In this document: positions 7,762 to 14,876 of the stretch, in pieces
How the letters are laid out: each line of letters starts with the position of its first letter
How positions within the stretch are numbered: the stretch's first letter is position 1
Origin: Verrucomicrobiales bacterium
Lineage (GTDB): Bacteria; Verrucomicrobiota; Verrucomicrobiia; Verrucomicrobiales; SLCJ01
NCBI GenBank assembly: GCA_046075565.1
Contig: JBJTQJ010000107.1
Location: 1-17,875, forward strand
Length of the DNA stretch: 17,875 nt
Direction of reading: 5' to 3'
The notes under the pieces: generated by a model
Seen by the model: the letters and a program-made list of their open reading frames with translations, nothing else
Databases searched by the model: none
Told to the model about the DNA's origin: nothing
Made by a program: the position numbers and the translations under genes

Positions 7762-8751
7762 ATGCGCTCCATCAGATCCTCCATTCGTCTATTCCTAGCT
7801 TTTGCGGTTCTCACTTCGGGTCATTCGCGGATCTTTGCCGATGAGACCACGGCTCTCAATCCCATTGGAGGCATCGGGAAATGCCAAAAGGTTCTCGATT
7901 CCGGAGAAGAAGCCGTGCTTTTCTCCCACGAGGGCAAAGGCTCCCTCAATCACTTCTGGTTCGGCGGCAATTTCAAGGGTATGGAGCACACCCGCATCCG
8001 CTACTATGTGGACGGCGAGCCGAAGGCATCCATCGATATGAACATCTACATGGGCCACGGAATCGGCTTCAGCGACAACCAAGCCCCGTGGGCCACCAAA
8101 TACATGGGGAAAATCGGCAAACAGAACGGATTTTTCAATAACTATCAAATCCCCTTCGGCAAGAGCATCCGCGTCACGGCGCAGCGCGCACCCGATTTGA
8201 AAGGCAGCACGCCCATCTGGTGGATCATCCGTGGCGTGGAGAATGGCCGCACCCGCCTTGGCGGCATCACCCTGCCGGAGACCGCCAGACTCAAACTCCA
8301 CCGATTGGAAGAGCATGTCGCCAAGCCACTCGAGGAATTCAATCTTTGCGATATCAAGGGAAGTGGCGCGGTCTTCCAGGTCGCCATCGCCGCGAAGGGC
8401 CTTGAAGGAACCGAACTCAGCTATCTTGAGGCCTGCATGCGGGCTTACCTCGGCGGAGCCAAGGAACCGCTCATGCTCTCCTCCGGGCTGGAAGACTACT
8501 TCCTCGGCACCTACTACTTCGACACCGGAAAATACCACAACGACACGGCAGGACTCACCCACCTCGATGCGAAGAACCTGAGTTTCTCCGCCTATCGCAT
8601 CCATGACCAGGACCCCCTGTTTTTCAATGGAGGCCTGCGGCTCACCTGCCGCAATGGCGAGACCGAACACGGCACCGCCGAAGGCCCGGTCGCTTACAAG
8701 AATCCCCCGCCAACCCGCTACACGACCTACACCTGGGTTTACGAATGGTGA
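7762..8751 (+). CDS. DUF2961 / GH172-like secreted protein (329 aa)
   Basis: Signal peptide; RIRYYVDGEPKASID, YQIPFGKSIRVT, SSGLEDYFLGTYYF (variant of the GTGxEDYF motif), SAYRIHDQDPLFF, C-terminal TYTWVYEW. Confidence 0.75.
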   Translation: MRSIRSSIRLFLAFAVLTSGHSRIFADETTALNPIGGIGKCQKVLDSGEEAVLFSHEGKGSLNHFWFGGNFKGMEHTRIRYYVDGEPKASIDMNIYMGHGIGFSDNQAPWATKYMGKIGKQNGFFNNYQIPFGKSIRVTAQRAPDLKGSTPIWWIIRGVENGRTRLGGITLPETARLKLHRLEEHVAKPLEEFNLCDIKGSGAVFQVAIAAKGLEGTELSYLEACMRAYLGGAKEPLMLSSGLEDYFLGTYYFDTGKYHNDTAGLTHLDAKNLSFSAYRIHDQDPLFFNGGLRLTCRNGETEHGTAEGPVAYKNPPPTRYTTYTWVYEW

Positions 8752-8854
8752 ACCGACGCTCCTACTTCTGCTCTGCTCGTTCGTCCTTCCGTGCCTAGCA
8801 TCCGCCGCTCCTCGCGAGGCTCTTCTCGAAAAAGTGAGGTTCTTGGCGACGTAG
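8748..8854 (+). pseudogene. Signal-peptide-only gene stub with a frameshift after the start codon
   Basis: GTG at 8748 overlaps the upstream stop (GTGA). Adding one A gives GTG AAA CCG ACG CTC... = MKPTLLLLLCSFVLPCLASAAPREALLEKVRFLAT*, a Sec signal peptide with an ASA cleavage site and no enzyme body. Confidence 0.5.
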
Positions 8855-8889
8855 ACTCAGATAGTTCGCATGTTCTACGACCCTTCATC

Positions 8890-9801
8890 ATGAAAATACT
8901 CCATGCTGCCCTTCTCGCCCTCTGCCTCGTCCCGGCCTCCCTGTCTTTCGGCGCCGGAGAAAAACTCGCCGCCACACAGGTCGGCTCGCGGATTGATATC
9001 ACCTTGGGAGGAAAATTCTTCACCAGCTACCGGTTTGCCGCCGATGAGAAATACCCGTTCTTTTTCCCGGTCAATGGTCCTTCCGGCGCTTCGGTGACTT
9101 CCATGCGGAACGCCGAGTTTCCCCACCACAGTTCGTTGTTCTTCGGATGTGACAAGGTAAACGGCGGCAACTACTGGCAGGAAACACTCGACCGAGGCCG
9201 TATCGCTTCACGAGGCCCCGTGCTCGAAACCGCAGCCGGCGATCAAATCGTCATCCGTGACACCTGCGACTGGACCCGTCCCGACGCCCCCCAGCCAATC
9301 CGGGACACACGCCATATCGTGATCACCGCACCTTCCCCAACCCTTCGCCAGATCGATTTCGACATCACACTGGAAGCGCTTATGGATGTGGTGATTGAGA
9401 AAACCAACCACTCGTTGTTCAGCGCGCGAATGGATCCGGATCTGCCCCCGGTGTTTGGTGGCACCATGATCAATGCCGAGGGAGCCAAAGGCGAAAAGGA
9501 AACCTTCGGCAAGCCATCCCCCTGGTTGGCCTGTTTCGGTTCGCGCGTTGAAAAGACGACCGAAGGACTTGCCATCCTCCAGCACCCGAAGAATCATGGT
9601 TATCCCGCTCCATGGTTCACACGAGATTACGGTTTTCTCTCACCGACACCGATGTATTGGCCCGCCAATGGCAAGGCCACCCGCATCGCCAAAGGTGACA
9701 AGCTACACCTGTCCTAGCGGGTGCTTGTATTCTCCGGCACTCCCGAAACGGCGGGTATCAGCGAGATCTTCAAAGATTTTTCAAGTGCCCGCCGGCCTTA
9801 G
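8890..9801 (+). CDS. PmoA-like (DUF6807) secreted protein, interrupted by an in-frame TAG at 9715-9717 (275 aa if stopped, 303 aa if read through)
   Basis: Signal peptide; KYPFFFPVNGPSG, FPHHSSLFFGCDKVNGGNYW, IDFDITL, KTNHSLFSARM, GLAILQHPKN..YPAPWFTRDYGFLSPTP. After the TAG the frame continues RVLVFSGTPETAGISEIFKDF to TAG 9799-9801, resembling the usual L.LrYRvlvh.G C-terminus. Not a methane monooxygenase subunit. Confidence 0.7.
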
Positions 9802-9835
9802 GGCCATCCACTTGATTCAATTCTCCCCCCTCCCC

Positions 9836-10210
9836 ATGCTTCGTATTCTCCTGACACTCGTTTCCGCAACCACCATGCTTGCGGCGGCTGATGCCACGCC
9901 GGCTTCCTTCAAAGCCGCTACGCCCGTTTGGCCGGAGACCGGCAGCGACGATCTGAACCGGCGGGTTGGTTTCCGCATTGCTCTCGATTCAATCCCGGAG
10001 GACGCCGTGCTTCGCTTGGCGACCTCCGGGCTGTCTCGCGCCAAGACCGTCACCTTCGTCGTGCCCGCGCACCCGTTGGAGGAATGCCGCTGCTCGTTCC
10101 CCACTGCCGACGGCGACATCGTGGTTGAGTGGAAACGCTGCGGCAATTCGAAGTTGACCTTGCCAAAGGGCTGGCGGCAGGTTGCCCCCATGAAGAAAAC
10201 AGCGCCTTGA
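9836..10210 (+). pseudogene. Internally deleted alpha-L-rhamnosidase (GH78-like) remnant, 124 aa, N-terminus fused in frame to C-terminus
   Basis: Signal peptide plus FKAATPVWPETGSDDLNRRVGFR...AVLRLATSGLSRA (resembles the GH78 N-terminal domain, normally continuing YR.fvNG). This joins at ~10042 to KTVTFVVPAHPLEECRCSFPTADGDIVVEWKR...LTLPKGW (GH78 C-terminal PTP.G.I.V.W motif). No catalytic barrel. Confidence 0.65.
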
Positions 10211-10266
10211 TGAGATTCCCAGTGACCTCAAGGTAGGATGGTTTGTAAACAACCCAGGAATTGACC

Positions 10267-13182
10267 ATGAAACCCACCTTCATTCTCGTTGCCGCCCTAC
10301 TGCTCACGCCCCTGCTCGTGCAGGGCGCCGAGACCGGAAATCCCGCCACAGCAGAAAATCAAAAAGGGAGCACTGAACCACTCGAAGCCGGCTTTGCATC
10401 GCCACCACCCGAGGCCAAACCACTTACATGGTGGCACTGGATCAACGGCAATGTCACCAAAGAGGGAATTCGCGCCGACTTGGAGGATATGAAACGTCGG
10501 GGAATCGGAGGGGCACAAATGCTCGATGTAAGCATCTATCTGCCTCCCGGCCCGGTGCGTTATGGCACCGACCTCTGGCACGAGCACGTGCAATTCGCCA
10601 TCCGCACCGCCGCCGAATTGGGTCTGGAACTCGACATCATGAATTGCGCTGGTTGGTCGGCCAGCGCTGGACCATGGATCACGCCGGAGCGTTCCATGAA
10701 GCAATTGGTCTGGAGTGAAACCCACGTGGATGGCACCGCAAACGTCAAGACCAAGTTACCCCGGCCGCCAACCAGGCTCAATTTCTGCCGCGACATAGCA
10801 GTGCTCGCTGTGCCCTGGAGTGGCGACGATTACAAGAACGAGAGCAAGCCACCACGCTTGATCTCCACGACACCCGCGCCGCTGGATGTTAAAAAGGAGC
10901 CCATAGCTCCTGAACAGGTCTTGAACGTGAGCCATTTCATGAATGCGGAGGGCAAGTTTTCTGGCTCACTACCACCCGGAAAATGGACGCTCCTACGATT
11001 TGGCTTTACCACGACGGGCAGCAAAAACCACCCCGCCCAGCCCGAGGGAGAGGGCTTGGAGTGCGACAAGTTTGATGCCGCTGCAGTCGAGTTCCAATTC
11101 GAGCGTGCGCTAGGTCGCATCATCCGCGAGGCGGGCCCAAATGTCGGAAAAGCATTCAAAGGAATCCTCTTCGATAGTTTCGAGGGTGGCTATCAAAACT
11201 GGAGTGACGCTTTTCCCCGGGATTTCCAAAAGCTGAAAGGCTACGACTTCCTGCCCTTCATGCCGGTCTTCACGGGGCGCGTGATCGGCTCGGTGGAAGA
11301 ATCCGAAGCCATGCTCCGGGACTTCCGCGGCGTGGTCAACGAGCTTATGGCCACAAATTATTTCGGAACGATGCAGCGGTTGGCAAACCGCGCCGGCCTG
11401 AAGGTTTACGCCGAAGCGCAGGGAGGGCCGCTCAATCCGTTTCTCTGCAACCGCTTCACCGATGTGCCGATGAACGAGTTCTGGATGCCGGATGCTGCAC
11501 CTCGTTTCTCCAAGATGAAACAGATCGCCTCCATCGTGAACGTTTCCGGCAGATCCATCACCGCGGCAGAAGCATTCACCGCAAAACCAGAGGACGGTCG
11601 CTGGCTCGCCACGCCCGCCACGTTGAAAGCACCCGGCGACTGCGCATTCACCGCCGGCATCAACCGATTCATCTTCCACACCTACATCCACCAACCATAT
11701 TCCGACATCGCACCCGGCTTCACGCTCGGTCGCTACGGCACGCACTTCGGTCGGCTCAACACATGGTGGCCCTTGGCCGACGCTTGGCTCAGCTATATCG
11801 CACGCTGCCAGTTTCTCCTGCAAAAGGGCCGCACAACCGCAGACATCGCGATGCTGACCGACGTGCAACTAGGATATTCGCTTCCTGCGAAGACGATGGA
11901 AGCGCCCGCCGGCTTTGATCTCGACGTGGTTTACCCGCACGACCTGGCGCGAATGACCCACTCCAACGGCTTGCTGCGCCTGCCGCAAGGCTCTGCGTAT
12001 CGCGTGCTGGGCCTGCCGGAAAAATGGTCGGCCGACGTCGCCACCCTGCGCCAGCTCGACGCCCTTGCCGCTGCCGGTGCGAGAATCATCGGCCCAGCGC
12101 CCGCTGCACCGGAAGGCTGGCGGGATTTTCGGGAACAGAATGCCGAATGGACCGCCCTCGTCGAAAAGCTATGGGGCAATCCTCGAACCAAACTCGCCGG
12201 CAAAGTGCCTTCCCAATCGCCCGCCCAAGCGCTTCGGGAACTCGGCGTCGTGCCCGACTGCGAACTCGCCGTCGAACCTGCTACCGCGACCGTGCGGTTC
12301 ATCCATCGCACCACCGCGGAAGCGGAAATCTATTTCCTCTCCAACCAAAGCAAGGCGCCGGTTCAAGTGTCCGCGCTCTTCCGTTCCGGCAATCGCGTGC
12401 CCGAACTCTGGGACGCTGTCACCGGACAAATGGCTGACGCGCCGGAATATGAATTGACCTCGGGCCGTGCGCGCGTGCCGCTGGCGCTGGCGGCGAATGG
12501 TTCGATTTTTGTCATCTTCCGTCGTGACGCACCCGCCGGGATGGCGGCGGTGAAACCTCCAGTGAATGCTACCGCCGCGCTCAACGTGCCAGTAAATGGA
12601 CCCTGGCAAGTGCGCTTCCAACCCGGCCGGAGCGCGCCCGCCGAAATCCGCTTGGAGAAGCTCATCTCGTGGACTGAACACCCCGACCCCGGAGTGCGGC
12701 ATTTCTCCGGCATCGCCACCTACGAGACCCGCGTAAACATCGCGGAGGATTTCAAAAAGACAAACTCCCGCTGCGTCCTGCGGCTCGGCGAAGTCAGCGA
12801 CGTAGCGGCAGTCACCATCAATGGCCATCACGCTGGTGTAACTTGGACGGTGCCGTTCGAATTGGACGTGACCTTATGGGTGCGCGCCGGCGAAAACGCA
12901 CTGCAAATCGCCGTGGCCAACCGCTGGATCAACCGCCTCATCGGCGACGAGTCGTTGCCGCCGGACGCACGCTACGACTTCACCGGCACGAATTTCACCA
13001 TTGGTCGGCTGGCGAAACTGCCCGCATGGTTAGGCGACCCGGAATTGACCAAGCAACGCCAGAGGGTAACATTCGCCACATGGCAGTTCTACACGAAGGA
13101 TTCGCCGCTGATGGATTCCGGTCTGCTCGGTCCGGTGCAACTCGAACTCCGAGCGGAAACTTCCTTGCCACGCCCCGAATGA
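10267..13182 (+). CDS. Alpha-L-rhamnosidase, GH106 family, secreted (971 aa)
   Basis: FASPPPEAKPLTWWHWINGNVTKEGIRADLEDMKRRGIGG, GWSASAGPWITPERSMK, GLECDKF, LFDSFEGG, PMNEFW, AAEAFTA, GINRFIFHTYIHQP, PELWDAVTG, FSGIATY, N.WINRLIGD, SGLLGPV. Confidence 0.9.
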   Translation: MKPTFILVAALLLTPLLVQGAETGNPATAENQKGSTEPLEAGFASPPPEAKPLTWWHWINGNVTKEGIRADLEDMKRRGIGGAQMLDVSIYLPPGPVRYGTDLWHEHVQFAIRTAAELGLELDIMNCAGWSASAGPWITPERSMKQLVWSETHVDGTANVKTKLPRPPTRLNFCRDIAVLAVPWSGDDYKNESKPPRLISTTPAPLDVKKEPIAPEQVLNVSHFMNAEGKFSGSLPPGKWTLLRFGFTTTGSKNHPAQPEGEGLECDKFDAAAVEFQFERALGRIIREAGPNVGKAFKGILFDSFEGGYQNWSDAFPRDFQKLKGYDFLPFMPVFTGRVIGSVEESEAMLRDFRGVVNELMATNYFGTMQRLANRAGLKVYAEAQGGPLNPFLCNRFTDVPMNEFWMPDAAPRFSKMKQIASIVNVSGRSITAAEAFTAKPEDGRWLATPATLKAPGDCAFTAGINRFIFHTYIHQPYSDIAPGFTLGRYGTHFGRLNTWWPLADAWLSYIARCQFLLQKGRTTADIAMLTDVQLGYSLPAKTMEAPAGFDLDVVYPHDLARMTHSNGLLRLPQGSAYRVLGLPEKWSADVATLRQLDALAAAGARIIGPAPAAPEGWRDFREQNAEWTALVEKLWGNPRTKLAGKVPSQSPAQALRELGVVPDCELAVEPATATVRFIHRTTAEAEIYFLSNQSKAPVQVSALFRSGNRVPELWDAVTGQMADAPEYELTSGRARVPLALAANGSIFVIFRRDAPAGMAAVKPPVNATAALNVPVNGPWQVRFQPGRSAPAEIRLEKLISWTEHPDPGVRHFSGIATYETRVNIAEDFKKTNSRCVLRLGEVSDVAAVTINGHHAGVTWTVPFELDVTLWVRAGENALQIAVANRWINRLIGDESLPPDARYDFTGTNFTIGRLAKLPAWLGDPELTKQRQRVTFATWQFYTKDSPLMDSGLLGPVQLELRAETSLPRPE

Positions 13183-14876
13183 TCATGAAACACACCCACA
13201 CACTCTTCACCGCCCTGCTAATTACCATGCTGGCCGCGTTGCATGCCGTGGCTAACAACGATTTGCCGAAACCCGGCGGCAAAGAAGCAGGGACGCAAAA
13301 AGTGGCCGCAAATCAAGTGGCTGAAATCCCACTGGTATCCGGAAAGATTTACCAGAATCCGTTCACGGAAATCGAACTCGATGCCGTTGTGACGCGACCG
13401 GACGGCGAACAATTGCGCTTGCCGGCGTTTTGGGCGGGCGGGGACAACTGGAAATTCCGCTACGCTTCCAGTCAGACCGGGATTCATACTTGGAAGACGG
13501 AATGCAAGGACGCGACGAACACCGGGCTTCACGGCATTACCGGAACGATTGAAGTGGCTCCGAACTCCAGCGACAATCCGCTCCTCAAACACGGGCCGGT
13601 GCGTGTTTCAAAGAACAGCCGGCACTTCGAGCACGCGGATGGCACGCCGTTTTTCTGGCTGGCCGACACATGGTGGAAGTGCCTCTGCAAGCGGATGACG
13701 TGGGAGGGATTTCAGGAACTCGCCGCGGATCGCAAGGCGAATGGATTCAATGTCGTGCAGATCGTCTGCGGTCCTTATCCGGACGAAAACTTCTCTGCGC
13801 CGAGCCTCCAGAATGAGGGCGGACAGCCTTACGTAACCACGGATATGAGCGTGATCAATCCGAAGTATTTCGACTTTGCGGACAGGCGTTTCAACCATCT
13901 CACGGAATCCGGAATAGTGCCGGCCATTGTCGGGGCCTGGGGTCGCGGCGACTGCAATAGCATGGAGAAATTCGGGGTGCCAAATCTCAAGCGGCACTGG
14001 CGGTATTTGGTTGCGCGTTACGGCGCCTATCCGGTTGTCTGGATTTTGGCGGGAGAAATTCCGGAAGAAACCAAAGCGGGTCAGGGCGCTTGGGCCGAGG
14101 TAGCGGCCTATCTCCGAACCATCGATCCCTACCATCGGCCACTCACCTGCCACACAGCCCACGGACGCCGGATTGCCAAGGATGCTGTCCCCATGATCGA
14201 CTTTGACATGGTCGGTGGAAGCCATGATGAGCGGATTGCCGTGGAGCCAGAGTCCGTTGCCATTGTTTCCTCGGCTTACGCGACAAATCCACCGATGCCA
14301 GTGCTGGTCGGCGAGACCTGTTATGAAGGACACATGCAGCAAGGGTTCGGCGACGTGCAGCGCCGCATTTTCTGGCAGAGCATCCTCAGTGGCGCGGCCG
14401 GCCACACTTACGGCTCGGCCGGCGTCTGGCATGCCGGGGTGGAGAATGATCACGGAAATTGGGGAGCTTGGGCGCGCCAGCCCTATGACTGGACCACCTG
14501 GCAGGAAGGCATGAATTATCCCGGCTCGGCCCAACTCGGCCGCGCCAAGAAGCTTTTGGAGCAATACCCGTGGTGGCGCTTCTCGCCACATCCGGAGTGG
14601 GCACCCGGTTGTTTCGCCGCCGGCATCCCCGGCGAGGTGCGTGTGATTTATCTGCCGCGCCGCAACATCTACAACTGGGACGGCCCCGAGGTGAAAGGAC
14701 TCGAGCCCGATGTGGATTGGCAGGCCTATTACTGGGACCCGGCGACCGGACGGAAATTCGATCAGGGTATCATCAAGGCCAGCGCCAATGAAAAAAATGT
14801 CCCGGGTGTCACGTTTAAGAAGAACGTGCCTTCGCCGCAGGATTGGGTGCTGGTCCTGCAAAAAGTGAAACCATGA
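13179..14876 (+). CDS. DUF5060 + DUF4038 (apiosidase/GH140-like) secreted protein
   Basis: N-terminal YQNPFTEIELDAVVTRPDG..LPAFWAGGDNWKFRY; RHFEHADGTPFFWLADTWW, RKANGFNVVQ, NPKYFDFADRR, RYLVARYGAYPVVWILAGE, DPYHRPLTCH, PVLVGETCYEG, SGAAGHTYG; C-terminal DWVLVL. Start at 13179 (ATGA overlap) or 13185. Confidence 0.8.
   Translation: MIMKHTHTLFTALLITMLAALHAVANNDLPKPGGKEAGTQKVAANQVAEIPLVSGKIYQNPFTEIELDAVVTRPDGEQLRLPAFWAGGDNWKFRYASSQTGIHTWKTECKDATNTGLHGITGTIEVAPNSSDNPLLKHGPVRVSKNSRHFEHADGTPFFWLADTWWKCLCKRMTWEGFQELAADRKANGFNVVQIVCGPYPDENFSAPSLQNEGGQPYVTTDMSVINPKYFDFADRRFNHLTESGIVPAIVGAWGRGDCNSMEKFGVPNLKRHWRYLVARYGAYPVVWILAGEIPEETKAGQGAWAEVAAYLRTIDPYHRPLTCHTAHGRRIAKDAVPMIDFDMVGGSHDERIAVEPESVAIVSSAYATNPPMPVLVGETCYEGHMQQGFGDVQRRIFWQSILSGAAGHTYGSAGVWHAGVENDHGNWGAWARQPYDWTTWQEGMNYPGSAQLGRAKKLLEQYPWWRFSPHPEWAPGCFAAGIPGEVRVIYLPRRNIYNWDGPEVKGLEPDVDWQAYYWDPATGRKFDQGIIKASANEKNVPGVTFKKNVPSPQDWVLVLQKVKP

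Noticed and set aside
9715..9717. Genome-wide TAG reassignment (alternative genetic code or pyrrolysine)
   Set aside because: Only one internal TAG occurs among several thousand codons, TAG terminates the prenyltransferase at a plausible position, and no pyl genes or suppressor tRNA are visible.
8890..9801. Methane monooxygenase subunit PmoA
   Set aside because: This is a soluble secreted protein without multiple transmembrane helices, and there is no pmoB/pmoC. The PmoA label of this family is a database naming artefact.
10240..10256. GGTTTGTAAACAACC as a LacI-type operator or integron attC site
   Set aside because: Only a half-site or short imperfect dyad; there is no RYYYAAC...GTTRRRY pair with attC structure and no integrase in the window.
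12843..13178. N-terminal extensions in the ORF track (12843, also 1923, 8791, 9473, 14843)
   Set aside because: They overlap upstream genes in other frames, and signal peptides or family N-termini begin at the downstream ATGs used in the feature list.
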